Positions 28,104 to 38,506 of a DNA stretch of 64,000 nt are shown here, in pieces. The notes beneath the pieces are model-generated. The model was not told the DNA's origin. It worked only from the letters and a program-made list of their open reading frames with translations, and did no database searches. Numbering within the stretch: position 1 is the first letter of the stretch; each line of letters starts with the position of its first letter. The stretch spans positions 95,168 through 159,167 of the forward strand of contig CAZAOV010000001.1 in assembly GCA_964486995.1 (NCBI GenBank). The letters are read 5' to 3'. Origin of the DNA: an uncultured Gammaproteobacteria bacterium (GTDB lineage: Bacteria > Patescibacteriota > Patescibacteriia > SG8-24). The position numbers and the translations under genes were made by a program.

Positions 28104-29402
28104 TTACCTAGTGTCAGTAAGTTCCCTTAGCTCTTCTATCGCTCGATCCATTTGCGGATCAAGATTATTATTAAAGTCCTCAACCGTCATCTCCACAATC
28201 TCATCTGGCGTAATGCCCTCCTTTTCTATTGACTGTCCACCCGGAGTCAACCACAGAGCGATAGTGATTTTGAGCGCCGATCCATCATCAAATTCAACGT
28301 AGTCCTGTACCGATCCCTTGCCAAAAGTCTGCTCGCCAACCAGTATCGCCCTATCATAATGTTGTAATGCTCCAGACACAATCTCCGACGCCGAAGCTGA
28401 GCCACCGTTAACCAGCACAACGGTCGGCATTTCAGTGAAGCGTGAGTTACCGTTGGAGGTGTAATTTCGCAACGAACCGTCGCTGAACTTCTCCTGCACC
28501 ACCACATCGCGCTGAATCCATTCACCGGCTACATCCACAGCGGTATCCAAGAATCCGCCCGGGTTGTTGCGCAAATCCAATATCACACCGTCCGGATTCT
28601 CCAGTAAAATCGACTGCACCGCCTCTTCAAATGCCGGCATGGTGGATTCGTTAAAGTGGAATATTTCGATCAGCCCATAGCGCAAACCGTCCTGCTCCTC
28701 GATTCGCCAACGTGTCGAAATAACATAAATGGTATCGCGTATAATGGAGACTTCGGACGGCTCCTCGCCTTCACGACCAATCGTCAGTATAACTTCCTCT
28801 CCCTTGGGACCGCGGATGCGTCGCACCGCCTCATCAGTTGACATACCATAGGTTTCCACATCGTCAATCGCTAAAATTATGTCTCCCGCCATCAGCCCAG
28901 CACGTTCCGCTGGAGTATCGGGCAACGGAGCAATTATTTTCAACAAATCTTGTTTGATGCCTATTTCCGCACCAATCCCCTCAAAAGTACCGGACAGCTC
29001 AGACTCGAACATCTCGGCAAAATGCGGATCCAGGAAAACAGAATACGGGTCTTGCAACGCACCTACCATGCCGGAAATAGCGCCGTAAAATAGGTCAGTC
29101 TCATCAACCGGCTGTTCGACGTGCCGACTGCGGACAATCTCCCAAACATCCCAAAACCTTTCAAATTCAATTTTATTATCGACACTGGCCGGAACTTCGG
29201 TCTGACCGGATATGGTTTTGCGAATTATCTCAGCGACCTTGGTTTCGTCATGATTAGACTCGCCTATCGCAACCCCAAAAACGAAGGCGATAACAACTAG
29301 CGCAGCCACCGCTGCGCCGGTCGCATAACGTTTTAAGACGTCTGATTTCTTTTCTGATTTTTGTCGTAAATATTTCTCCATAATTCGCGGTAAGGATACC
29401 AA
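28104..29402 (-). CDS. C-terminal processing (tail-specific, S41) peptidase with a PDZ domain and an N-terminal TM anchor.
   Basis: PDZ 'GDIILAIDDV' and the S41 core 'VVLVNGGSASASEIVSGALQ'. Confidence 0.85.
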   Translation of the reverse strand: MVSLPRIMEKYLRQKSEKKSDVLKRYATGAAVAALVVIAFVFGVAIGESNHDETKVAEIIRKTISGQTEVPASVDNKIEFERFWDVWEIVRSRHVEQPVDETDLFYGAISGMVGALQDPYSVFLDPHFAEMFESELSGTFEGIGAEIGIKQDLLKIIAPLPDTPAERAGLMAGDIILAIDDVETYGMSTDEAVRRIRGPKGEEVILTIGREGEEPSEVSIIRDTIYVISTRWRIEEQDGLRYGLIEIFHFNESTMPAFEEAVQSILLENPDGVILDLRNNPGGFLDTAVDVAGEWIQRDVVVQEKFSDGSLRNYTSNGNSRFTEMPTVVLVNGGSASASEIVSGALQHYDRAILVGEQTFGKGSVQDYVEFDDGSALKITIALWLTPGGQSIEKEGITPDEIVEMTVEDFNNNLDPQMDRAIEELRELTDTR

Positions 29403-29484
29403 TAGTGGAAGGTGAGGTCAAAGGGTGCTAGGGGGTTATTCGCCCTTCTAAACGACCGCACCGGAAACCTAATCTAAAAAATCG

Positions 29485-29525
29485 TAACCCCAAAAAACGC
29501 TTGGCGAATACGGAATCGTATTCGG
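29485..29525 (-). terminator. Terminator downstream of murA (CGAATACG-gaat-CGTATTCG followed by a U-run on the minus strand).
   Basis: 8-bp stem with TTTTTT on the minus strand. Confidence 0.65.
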
Positions 29526-29533
29526 GAGTCTGA

Positions 29534-30814
29534 CTATGTTTCCCTTCTTACGTCAGCACCAACAGCCTTGAGTCGCTCGTCTATTCTTTCGTATCCTCGA
29601 TCAATTACAGCGGCGTTGTGCAGGACTGTTTCTCCGGCCGCCACTAGTCCAGCAATCACTAGCGTAGCTCCAGCGCGCAAATCTAGTCCTCGAATCTCCT
29701 TGCCGTAAAGCGGCGTAGGGCCGGTGATTACTACACGGTGTGGATCGCAAATTGTGGCGTTAGCGCCCATCTTGGTTAGTTCGTTGATGTAGCCCAAGCG
29801 ACCCTCATACATCGGATCATGTATGAGCGACGTACCCGAACACTGCGTGGCCAATACACCAAACGGCGCTTGCAGGTCAGTCGGAAAACCGGGATAAGGT
29901 AACGTCTGCAATTTGAAAGCGTCAAGCTGTCCTGCTGCCGGCATCACCAGGGTGTCGCCCTTAATTTCAAAATTCACTCCGGCACGCCTGAGCTGCAACA
30001 AAATAATATCCAGATGTTCGGGCACTATACCGCGGATATTAAACGTGCCCTTGGTGAGTGCGCCGAGCACCGCGAAGGTTCCTACTTCGATTTGGTCTGG
30101 AATCACTCGACAAGTGGCACTATGCAGTTCCTTAACACCCTCGACCGTTAGGGTGTGTGTGCCAATTCCCCCTATCCTTGCACCGGCGGCGTTCAAAAAT
30201 TCGCACAGATTGGCGATATGCGGCTCTGCGGCCGCCAAACGAATAGTCGTAGAACCTTCAGCGAGTACTGCTGCCATGATCGCGTTTTCTGTGGCCGTTA
30301 CAGAAAATACTGGTAAAATTCCAACAGAGCCGGAACCAACCAGACCTGCAGTCGTTAATGTAAGCGTTCCATCTTCGTTGGTCTTGATATTGGCGTTTAA
30401 GCAGCTCAAAACTCGGAGATGGTCGTCAATCGGCCTGTTGCCAATGATACAACCACCCGGTTCCGGAATGGTGACTTCGTTGAATCGCGCCAACAGTGGA
30501 CCCATTAATAATATGGAGGAGCGCATTGCTTTTACGGACTGATTGTCTAACGTCCCGATGTCCGCCGCTGTCGTATCGATAGTCAGTGAATTGTCGGCTG
30601 ACCATTCAACTTTAGCTCCTAATGAACGTAAAATATCGAGCATACGCTCAACGTCTGATAGGTGCGGCACATTCTCTATAATGCATTCGCCGCTTACCAG
30701 TAGCGTGGCGGCGATAATCGGGGTGGCGGCATTTTTCATTCCGCCAACATGTATATCCCCCTCAAGCGGTCGACCGCCACGAATCACCATTCGAACCTGG
30801 TCATTTTCGACCAT
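29534..30814 (-). CDS. murA: UDP-N-acetylglucosamine 1-carboxyvinyltransferase.
   Basis: EPSP-synthase fold and the MurA N-terminus 'RGGRPLEGDIHVGGMKNAA'. Confidence 0.95.
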   Translation of the reverse strand: MVENDQVRMVIRGGRPLEGDIHVGGMKNAATPIIAATLLVSGECIIENVPHLSDVERMLDILRSLGAKVEWSADNSLTIDTTAADIGTLDNQSVKAMRSSILLMGPLLARFNEVTIPEPGGCIIGNRPIDDHLRVLSCLNANIKTNEDGTLTLTTAGLVGSGSVGILPVFSVTATENAIMAAVLAEGSTTIRLAAAEPHIANLCEFLNAAGARIGGIGTHTLTVEGVKELHSATCRVIPDQIEVGTFAVLGALTKGTFNIRGIVPEHLDIILLQLRRAGVNFEIKGDTLVMPAAGQLDAFKLQTLPYPGFPTDLQAPFGVLATQCSGTSLIHDPMYEGRLGYINELTKMGANATICDPHRVVITGPTPLYGKEIRGLDLRAGATLVIAGLVAAGETVLHNAAVIDRGYERIDERLKAVGADVRRET

Positions 30815-30900
30815 ATATGATAAAAATTTATTTCAGCTAAACACGTTCAATGATACTTCTCTTGAATCCAATTGGCAAGGGGATACCTAAGGAGGCAGAA

Positions 30901-30921
30901 ATGCAAAGGGGTACGGGGTAA
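30901..30921 (+). other. 6-codon upstream ORF (MQRGTG*) with a perfect SD (AAGGAGGcagaaATG), ending 11 nt before the SD-less start of the PEGA gene.
   Basis: Read directly from the sequence. Function (leader peptide or translational coupling) is speculative. Confidence 0.3.
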
Positions 30922-30932
30922 AATTTACGTAA

Positions 30933-32291
30933 ATGACCAAACTGAAACGATATATTCTAATCTCAGCACTAGTCGCGACGTTTGCTGTGGTGGCGCCGTT
31001 GGTTTTGTCGTTTGCATCGGGATATCGCTATAACTGGCAGAAAAAATCTATTGAGAAAACAGGAATTATCCGGGTGGATACCGAGCCGTCTGGGGCGACT
31101 TTGCTGATTAACGGCAAGAGAGCGAGCAAAACCACGCCGGTATCAGTGCCGCGACTGTTGCCAGAAGAGTACGAGGTGGAAATTGAGCTAGACGGGTACC
31201 TGCCCTGGAAAAAAACGCTGGCTGTCGAAAGCGGACGCACGACTTTTGCGAAAACCGTTACTTTGATTGAGGATGTGCTGCCGCGAATCATCCTTCGAAA
31301 AAACATTATCGAAAGCGTATTCAGCTCGGACGGCACCGCTATAGCCTATATTTCTACCGACGAACAATGGGCTGAACTAACGCACCGAGACTTTCGCACC
31401 GGCCAAAAGATGCTGTTGTCCCGATTCGGAATTGAAAAATATTCGAAACTGTCCCTATCAATGTCACCGGACGGCTCACATCTAATGATGATCGCCCTAA
31501 CGCCAGAAACGAATCAACGAACAATCACGGTTTACGAAATAGGCGTCACAAAAACCGCCACCACCATTAGCGAGCTACCTTCAACTTCTGATTTTAATTA
31601 CTGCTGGTCCGGAAACGACAGCGCCATATTAGCGACGGACAATAAATTATTTTTGGCCCGGGTCAACCAGGACGTCCAAGCCCTGTTCGCCACCTCACAA
31701 GAAAAAATCGTGGACGTGCATTGCACCAGAGACAACTACTGGCTGCTCCTGGAATCGGTCGATGGGTTGAAATTAACCAAACTTCCTAAAGAAAACCCGT
31801 TACTGCCCGTGCTCGTGAATACGTTACGGACAGATGAAAGACGTTTTGTCTCCGGCAAAGAAGACTTGCTGTGGCTGGGTGGCGACGGCTTGAGCGGAGG
31901 ATTAGCGCTGAACCCCCAAAACAACAGCTCCTTTCGCACACCAGAAGCTGCGGGAATGAAGTGGGAATACGCCGGGGACAACGGGCGGGTACTGCTATGG
32001 AACGATTTCGAAGTGTTCTTGATTGATTTTGTAAAACCAGAACCAGAACTCATTACTCGGTTAGGTACCCCTATTCTGGATGTGGCCTGGCACCCGGATG
32101 GCTCATACGCCTTATTTGTAACCGGCACCGGAGTAACCGCCATCGAAATAGACAGCCGCAACCGCCGCAATATTTTCCGTCTGGTGGAATTTGGCGCCGT
32201 AGATTCCATCGTGGTGTTAAAAGAGTCTAATCTCCTACGGTTTGTTGGCTCAATCGGGAATCAACGCGGGATTTATGAAAGGCCGTTATAA
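30933..32291 (+). CDS. Membrane-anchored PEGA-domain protein with a C-terminal beta-propeller-like (TolB-like) region.
   Basis: N-terminal TM, then a PEGA-type module 'VDTEPSGATLLINGK...YEVEIELDGYLPWKKTL'. Confidence 0.55.
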   Translation: MTKLKRYILISALVATFAVVAPLVLSFASGYRYNWQKKSIEKTGIIRVDTEPSGATLLINGKRASKTTPVSVPRLLPEEYEVEIELDGYLPWKKTLAVESGRTTFAKTVTLIEDVLPRIILRKNIIESVFSSDGTAIAYISTDEQWAELTHRDFRTGQKMLLSRFGIEKYSKLSLSMSPDGSHLMMIALTPETNQRTITVYEIGVTKTATTISELPSTSDFNYCWSGNDSAILATDNKLFLARVNQDVQALFATSQEKIVDVHCTRDNYWLLLESVDGLKLTKLPKENPLLPVLVNTLRTDERRFVSGKEDLLWLGGDGLSGGLALNPQNNSSFRTPEAAGMKWEYAGDNGRVLLWNDFEVFLIDFVKPEPELITRLGTPILDVAWHPDGSYALFVTGTGVTAIEIDSRNRRNIFRLVEFGAVDSIVVLKESNLLRFVGSIGNQRGIYERPL

Positions 32292-32496
32292 TGGGATCAG
32301 TCCGTGTACAGATGGGTCTATTATTTTTTGCCGCGCACCTGTGCAAAAAACGTCAAACTTATTTTGAAGTGAGTCTGACGTTTTTTAAGGGCGAGCACCC
32401 GCAAAAAGGTGACGGCGGCGAGCAAGGCGGCCCACTTGGAAATGCGCGAAAAAGGCGATGATTTAGATAAATAACGTGACGTCAATCTTAAAAGAA

Positions 32497-32533
32497 CAAA
32501 AAACCGACCTTTACTGGGTCGGTAATTTATTTT
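32497..32533. terminator. Bidirectional terminator CCGACC-tttactg-GGTCGG flanked by A and T runs.
   Basis: Hairpin between the convergent genes 30933-32291 (+) and 32532-33281 (-). Confidence 0.7.
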
Positions 32534-33281
32534 AGGGAGTCTCCCCCCGACAAATCCGGCTAAGGACATCCGGAACACCGCGAATACCAAATGGAGCCCA
32601 ATACGGCCCTAGCACGGACTCATCCATATCATTGTAAGTCCACTGCGTCGGACAGCTCACATACACAGCATGAATTCCCAACTGCTGTGCGACCGTGATG
32701 TCACTCTTCTTGGAGTCACCGATCATCACTGTCCGCTCCGGTGTGTCCGCCGCAATCTGAGCCAATACCTCGGACTTGCTTGGTGATACCACGAACACTC
32801 GTGTTTCCGGAAAATATCGACCCAAGCCTGAACTCAACACCTTGGTCAGCTGTACGTTCTTGTCGCCGATGGTGCACATGTAGAGTTCGTAGCCCAAATC
32901 TTTTACCGCTTCCAGGGTACTAAAAGCGCCTGGAACAACCTCGCTGGATCCGATAAATGGCTTCATCGCAGCGCGCTGCAGACGATGACCGACGTCATCG
33001 CTCGGAATCAGGGCCTGCTCTTCGCAAAGAAGTCGGTAAGTCTCCAACCAGCAAGCCACATACTTTCGCGGACCAAATCCGTAACGTTCTGTAAATTCTA
33101 CGTCGATTCTCTGCTGTAAATCCAGAATCTGCGGAGCGTAAGCTGAATACCAACCAAGGGCATTCATCACGATGCCGCCGCACTCAAATGCAGCTCGGTT
33201 GAATTTGACCATAGTCATGATGAGCGTATCATCGAGGTCGAAGACAACTTTTAGTTCCTTGGGCTGAATCAGATGTGACAA
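32532..33281 (-). CDS. HAD-superfamily hydrolase.
   Basis: Motif I 'VFDLDDTLI' and motif IV 'MIGDSKKSD'. Confidence 0.6.
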   Translation of the reverse strand: MSHLIQPKELKVVFDLDDTLIMTMVKFNRAAFECGGIVMNALGWYSAYAPQILDLQQRIDVEFTERYGFGPRKYVACWLETYRLLCEEQALIPSDDVGHRLQRAAMKPFIGSSEVVPGAFSTLEAVKDLGYELYMCTIGDKNVQLTKVLSSGLGRYFPETRVFVVSPSKSEVLAQIAADTPERTVMIGDSKKSDITVAQQLGIHAVYVSCPTQWTYNDMDESVLGPYWAPFGIRGVPDVLSRICRGETP

Positions 33282-33514
33282 TGCTCTTTCTCCCGTTTTA
33301 AAAGTGCGAGGTACAAACTTAGCACCGAAAGACGCTCATGTCAAAAGTACAGACCTGGAATTTTCTGCAGTACTCACAATACATCAAGGAGAATCTAGAC
33401 GGCCCACGCCGGAACACCGCTACTATGTTCCCGCGTGTCTTTGTGACAACTGTACGGAAGACAACATTCAGATGATTCGTCAGCAGACCCCTGTTCAATC
33501 CGTACCGTATTGAA

Positions 33515-33562
33515 AAATGCGAATTGAAGCATACAAAACGCACCCAATCTGTGAGTGCGTCT
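33515..33562 (-). terminator. Terminator downstream of rmlA (ACGCAC-N11-GTGCGT followed by a U-rich tail).
   Basis: Hairpin read on the minus strand. Confidence 0.5.
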
Positions 33563-33576
33563 TATCATGTAGTATT

Positions 33577-34692
33577 CTAAAGTTCCACCGTAGAGTTGTC
33601 CCCGACTATCATTCTGTGACCAGCCGGCAGCGTCTCCTGAGCCGAAACCACCGAGGCACCACGCCCGATAAGGCCGTCGACTATTCGCTTCCGGCAACTT
33701 ATATTCACCTGGTCAAATACCACAGAGTGCTCAATTTCGGTATTTCTAATGATCACATTATCGCCAATGGACGTGTACGGACCAATGTAACTGCGATCGA
33801 TGACGCAGTTCTCGCCAATAGTTACTGGACCGCGAATCAAGCACCGGCCGCGAATCTCCGTACCCCGGCCTATTTTTACCCGACCGTGAAGAATTACCTC
33901 GTCATCGCACTTGGCCTCGTTTATGGCCTGTTCGCGGGTCATCTCCGCCAACATCAGTTGGTTGCCTTCGAGCAGGTCCTCTGGTTTGCCGGTATCTTTC
34001 CACCAGCCAGTGATTTCTTCATAGCCCACATTGAAACCGTTCTGAATTAGCCAAGTATGAATATCGGAAATTTCGTACTCACCGCGCGCGGAAGGTTTGA
34101 TATGTTCATACGCCTCGAAGAAACTGCTGTCGTATATATATATGCCGGTTACCGCGAAATCACTCTTTGGATTCTCCGGCTTTTCATCCACCCGAACAAT
34201 ATGCCCATCTTTCATCTCTGGCACTCCGAATCGCCGCGGATCTTTGACTTTGGACAGCGCCAGCATACAGTTACGATCTTCCTGATTAAACTTATCGACC
34301 AAATTTTTAATGCTGCCCAAAATAATATTGTCGCCCAGATAGAAGATGAACGAATCGTCACCGATAAAATCCCTGGCGACGTTGACCACGTGCGCAATCC
34401 CCTTCGGACCGCCGGTCTGTTCAATATATGTAATCTTTACACCCCACCGCGAACCGTCACCGACTATCCGCTGCATCTCCTGCTCCCCCGGATTCACGTT
34501 GATGGCGATTTCGGTCACTCCGGCGTCGCACACCTTTTCGATGGCGTTAAAAATCATCGGCTTGTTGGCCAATGGAATCAGGTGCTTGTTGATTGTCCAA
34601 GTGATTGGGCGTAGGCGTGTGGCATGCCCACCAGCGGCAATAAGTGCTTTCATAAATCGTATTTTAATTTGAAGTGGGTAGCGAGGGTTCAC
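33577..34692 (-). CDS. rmlA: Sugar-1-phosphate nucleotidyltransferase with a C-terminal left-handed beta-helix. Probable glucose-1-phosphate thymidylyltransferase (RmlA, long form).
   Basis: 'MKALIAAGGHATRLRPIT' NTP-transferase start, hexapeptide repeats, and clustering with rmlBCD. Confidence 0.7.
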   Translation of the reverse strand: MNPRYPLQIKIRFMKALIAAGGHATRLRPITWTINKHLIPLANKPMIFNAIEKVCDAGVTEIAINVNPGEQEMQRIVGDGSRWGVKITYIEQTGGPKGIAHVVNVARDFIGDDSFIFYLGDNIILGSIKNLVDKFNQEDRNCMLALSKVKDPRRFGVPEMKDGHIVRVDEKPENPKSDFAVTGIYIYDSSFFEAYEHIKPSARGEYEISDIHTWLIQNGFNVGYEEITGWWKDTGKPEDLLEGNQLMLAEMTREQAINEAKCDDEVILHGRVKIGRGTEIRGRCLIRGPVTIGENCVIDRSYIGPYTSIGDNVIIRNTEIEHSVVFDQVNISCRKRIVDGLIGRGASVVSAQETLPAGHRMIVGDNSTVEL

Positions 34693-34861
34693 CCTATGCG
34701 TAAGGCAATGATGCGCTTACTAAGTTAAAAACCAGTCTTTTTGTACCTTATCAAGCTCACCAATTTAGTCTAAGGACTTATCCCCAAAATAGGTGCCAGG
34801 GACCTATTTTGGGGATATCTCCAGATTTAAAAAACCGGACAACTGTCCGATTTTAATGTAC

Positions 34862-35482
34862 TTAAGAATCAAGGTCAAACCCCTGCTCGCGCAAAAACTT
34901 ATTCAACCCGGAATAATCTCTGTAGTGGTGAGCCACAATACCCAGATTGCGAGCCTCATTCACGTATTCAGGGATATCATCAATATACACGGCTCCGTCT
35001 GGCTGTACGCCAGAACGATCGAGACCCAAGCGCCACATTTTCTGATTCGGCTTGGCGATTTTCTCCTTATAAGAAAGGACGGTGTAATTAAACAGCGACA
35101 TCACGCCGAGTCGATCCAGCTCCTCACGGCGCAGCTCCTCCATGTCCGATATGGCGGTAATAATGACGCCGGCTCGATTTAAATTGAACCACAACCGCAC
35201 CACGTCTTTATTCAGCGTAAACACCCTGGAGAACGCGTCGTCGAACTCACCGAACGGCATCGTGCCTAAACAACCGAACCTGCGCAATACCATTTCGCGA
35301 AATTCATCCGTGCTGATTAGCCCGCGAGTATATTTTCGCGTCAGCCGATGAGGGCCGTGGTATATGATCAGATAAATGAAGTAAGCGTCATAGTCGCAAT
35401 AACGAGCTATGGCTTTACAGACTTTGTAGTTGTCGAAACCGACCACCACATTACCAACGTCAGAAAGGATGACCTTTGCCAT
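34862..35482 (-). CDS. HAD-like hydrolase/phosphatase embedded in the rml cluster. Assignment is weak.
   Basis: N-terminal 'ILSDVGNVVV' and 'VYIDDIPEY' resemble HAD motifs I and IV. Confidence 0.35.
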   Translation of the reverse strand: MAKVILSDVGNVVVGFDNYKVCKAIARYCDYDAYFIYLIIYHGPHRLTRKYTRGLISTDEFREMVLRRFGCLGTMPFGEFDDAFSRVFTLNKDVVRLWFNLNRAGVIITAISDMEELRREELDRLGVMSLFNYTVLSYKEKIAKPNQKMWRLGLDRSGVQPDGAVYIDDIPEYVNEARNLGIVAHHYRDYSGLNKFLREQGFDLDS

Positions 35483-35572
35483 CTACTGCTCCTCGTTTTA
35501 AAAAACGATATTTCATTCATGCCGCACTTAACGAGCTGATGTCAAAAATCCGGCTGTGTATTTCGGATTTAT

Positions 35573-36463
35573 TTACGCCGCCTGCCTGTTTTTTTCCGGC
35601 ACCACTTCAGGATAATCGGTGAAAAAAGCCCTGAGAGCTTCGATGCGCGGGCGGAGTGGCGCTAATTTGGTGTTGTTTAATTTGCCGTATGCGGGGCGCT
35701 TGGCTGGCTTGGAAAATGCTTCCGAGGTGACCGGCGCGCGCGGAGTGTCTATGCCAAGCAGAGCAAAAAACTCTTCGGCGAATTCATACCAAGTAACGCC
35801 CGCACCTTCGTTTACTAAATGATATGTGCCGATCTCATGGTCATCGGTTAACAACTGCATTGTAGCCGCAGCTACGTCTGCGGTATAGGTCGGCATGCCG
35901 ACTTCTTCGTCTACTATGGAAAGCGCTGATTTCTCGGCAGCCAATTTCAACATAATGCTGACGAAACTGGGCTTGGCCGCAGCGGACGAGCCTGGCCGGC
36001 CGTATAGCTTGGACAGCCGGCAGATATAACTGTCACCGCCCGCCGCCCGCACGGCGATTTCGCCAGCCAACTTGCTCTCGCCGTAAGCCGAAATCGGACC
36101 GGGCGCATCATCCTCGTTATAGCCTTCGGGTTTGGTGCCGGCGAATACGTAGTCACTGCTGTAATGCACAAACTTGGCACCGACCTCTTTGGCTAACGCA
36201 GCCAACCGTCCCGGAACCGCAGCATTCAATTCCCAGACCAATTCTTTTTTGTGCGCATCCTCGGCACCGTCAACATCGTTCCAGGCTACTGCGTTTATAA
36301 TCGCATCAAAACTACCGTCAACTATCACGTCACGCAGAGCGTCACGGTCTGTCACGTCCAGATGGTCTTTGTCCATCCCGACCACTTCTTGCTCAGCCGA
36401 TTTGAATAACCGAACCAGGTCCTGACCAAGATTGCCTCGGCAACCCAATACCAAAATTTTCAT
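35573..36463 (-). CDS. rmlD: dTDP-4-dehydrorhamnose reductase.
   Basis: 'MKILVLGCRGNLGQDL' Rossmann start, RmlD length, and a 4-nt overlap with rmlC. Confidence 0.85.
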   Translation of the reverse strand: MKILVLGCRGNLGQDLVRLFKSAEQEVVGMDKDHLDVTDRDALRDVIVDGSFDAIINAVAWNDVDGAEDAHKKELVWELNAAVPGRLAALAKEVGAKFVHYSSDYVFAGTKPEGYNEDDAPGPISAYGESKLAGEIAVRAAGGDSYICRLSKLYGRPGSSAAAKPSFVSIMLKLAAEKSALSIVDEEVGMPTYTADVAAATMQLLTDDHEIGTYHLVNEGAGVTWYEFAEEFFALLGIDTPRAPVTSEAFSKPAKRPAYGKLNNTKLAPLRPRIEALRAFFTDYPEVVPEKNRQAA

Positions 36464-37035
36464 GCATGTACATGATTAGCGTTTTCAAAAACAAACGGCG
36501 TTTCCAGGCCTGCCAGTCCGACAAAGCCGGCATCGCGCTCGTTCACCAGCGGCTCCTCGCGGAACGGCCACTCGATACCCACGTCCGAACAGTTGAACCG
36601 CAACCCCCCTTCGGCTTTGGGCGCGTAACCCGCGTTCCCGCACAAATACATCAGCTCGCAATCCTCGATCGCATAAAATCCGTGCGCAAAACCGCCCGGC
36701 ACAAATAACATCTTTTTGTTGTCCGCGGTCAGCTCCACGCCAAACCACTTGCCATAAGTTGGTGAACCGAGACGAATATCAACCGCCACATCAAACAACT
36801 TACCGCGCAGACACCGCACCAACTTGGACTGATCGTGCGGCGGTGCCTGATAGTGCAATCCGCGCAATACGCCAGCCGCAGAAAAACTATGATTAATTTG
36901 CACCACTGTCGGCTCGATTCCCAGCCCTTCGAACTTGGTGGCGCTATGCATTTCCATAAACCAGCCACGCTCGTCGCCAAACACTTGCGGCTCGACCACG
37001 ACCAATCCTTCGATTCCTGTCTCGACAACATTCAT
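36460..37035 (-). CDS. rmlC: dTDP-4-dehydrorhamnose 3,5-epimerase.
   Basis: Cupin-fold RmlC motifs 'VFGDERGWFME' and 'RGLHYQ'. Confidence 0.9.
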   Translation of the reverse strand: MNVVETGIEGLVVVEPQVFGDERGWFMEMHSATKFEGLGIEPTVVQINHSFSAAGVLRGLHYQAPPHDQSKLVRCLRGKLFDVAVDIRLGSPTYGKWFGVELTADNKKMLFVPGGFAHGFYAIEDCELMYLCGNAGYAPKAEGGLRFNCSDVGIEWPFREEPLVNERDAGFVGLAGLETPFVFENANHVHA

Positions 37036-37036
37036 A

Positions 37037-38062
37037 CTACGCCACCTCCTTTAGCGTTTGATTATAATACTTGTCGTGATACTCACGATACGAACCGTCT
37101 TTCACGCGCTGCCACCAACCCGGATTATCCCTGTACCACTCGATGGTGCTCATCATACCGCTCTCGAAATCTATCTTCGGCTCCCAGCCCAATTCGTTTT
37201 GAATCTTGGTAAAATCCACCACGTAACGTGCGTCATGACCGGGTCGGTCCGGTACGTATGACTTCAGCGTCTGCGACTTGCCCAGCGCTTCCAAAATAAA
37301 ATCGGTAATCTCCTCAACGGATTTTTCGATACCGGTTCCCAAGTTATAGGTCTCACCGATCTTTCCTTTGCGAACAATCAAATCAATACCGGCGCTATGG
37401 TCATCGCAGTGAATCCACTCGCGCGAATTCTGGCTGGATTTAAATAGTGTTAATTGCTTTCCCTCCATCGCATCGGTCGAAAATTTAGGAATCAATTTTT
37501 CCGGAAACTGATACGGTCCGTAATTATTGCAGCAGTGACTAATCGTCACCGGCAGGCCGAACGTGTGATGATAAGCGCGCACCACGTGATCCGAAGCGGC
37601 CTTGGACGCACTGTAAGGAGACTTTGGCATATAAGGGTCGCTCTCTTTGAATTTTCTGTCTTCGTCCAGACCAATCTCGCCAAATACCTCATCGGTCGAA
37701 ATATGATGCAGACGTACCCCCTTCTGTTTGCATGCTTCCAGTACCATCTGCGTTCCAATGACATTGTTGCGAATAAAAACGTCTGGCTCCAAGACACTCC
37801 GGTCAACATGCGACTCAGCCGCATAATTAACGACAACATCGGTATCATCCCCCATTGCTTCTAAGAGCTGCTCCAAATTGCAAATATCACCGCGCACAAA
37901 TCTGTAACGCGAATCGTTTTCAATATCCTTTAGATTTTCCAAATTGCCGGCGTAAGTCAGCTTGTCGTAATTGATGACCTGAACGTCGTCATATTTTTTG
38001 AGCAGGTATCTAATATAGGAAGAGCCAATAAAGCCAGCCCCGCCTGTAACGAAAATTTTCAT
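37037..38062 (-). CDS. rmlB: dTDP-glucose 4,6-dehydratase.
   Basis: 'MKIFVTGGAGFIGS' and an SDR-extended YxxxK. Confidence 0.9.
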   Translation of the reverse strand: MKIFVTGGAGFIGSSYIRYLLKKYDDVQVINYDKLTYAGNLENLKDIENDSRYRFVRGDICNLEQLLEAMGDDTDVVVNYAAESHVDRSVLEPDVFIRNNVIGTQMVLEACKQKGVRLHHISTDEVFGEIGLDEDRKFKESDPYMPKSPYSASKAASDHVVRAYHHTFGLPVTISHCCNNYGPYQFPEKLIPKFSTDAMEGKQLTLFKSSQNSREWIHCDDHSAGIDLIVRKGKIGETYNLGTGIEKSVEEITDFILEALGKSQTLKSYVPDRPGHDARYVVDFTKIQNELGWEPKIDFESGMMSTIEWYRDNPGWWQRVKDGSYREYHDKYYNQTLKEVA

Positions 38063-38424
38063 ACTTATCCACAGATTAGTTTAGCGCTCACTACAGCTTA
38101 TCGTTTTCTTAAATTATGAACCAGAAATCGCACCCGTATAAGGCTTGACGTAATGGAGAATAAATGCCTACCGGGCATGAGCTTACGAAACGAATTGATA
38201 GTATGCAGAATAACATTTGAGGCGTTAGATTTAATTTAATTTGATAACTATCCTCAATGAATCAATCGACAAACGCCACACCGAGAAACTCCACGCAACG
38301 GAAGAACGACCTAATAAGTACGTCAACGAACTGACTACCAAACACCAAAAATACGACCGTGAAATCACCATGTTTAGCGGCCGCCGCTACCAAATTCAAA
38401 ATCTTGTCGGCATAAAATAGCCAA

Positions 38425-38458
38425 AGCAAAACACCGGATTAAATCTGGTGTTTTTATC
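38425..38458 (-). terminator. Terminator downstream of the HIT gene (AACACC-N11-GGTGTT).
   Basis: Hairpin with flanking T-runs on both strands. Confidence 0.55.
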
Positions 38459-38506
38459 CTCATGGATGTGGCTGTCCCGTCTTGGATTTGAACTAGACTT
38501 AAAAAT

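Noticed and set aside
32321-33543. ORFs 32321-32590 (-), 33304-33513 (+) and 33319-33543 (-) in intergenic regions.
   Set aside because: They are low-complexity, overlap terminators or each other, and lack RBSs. These regions are better explained as terminator and promoter spacers.
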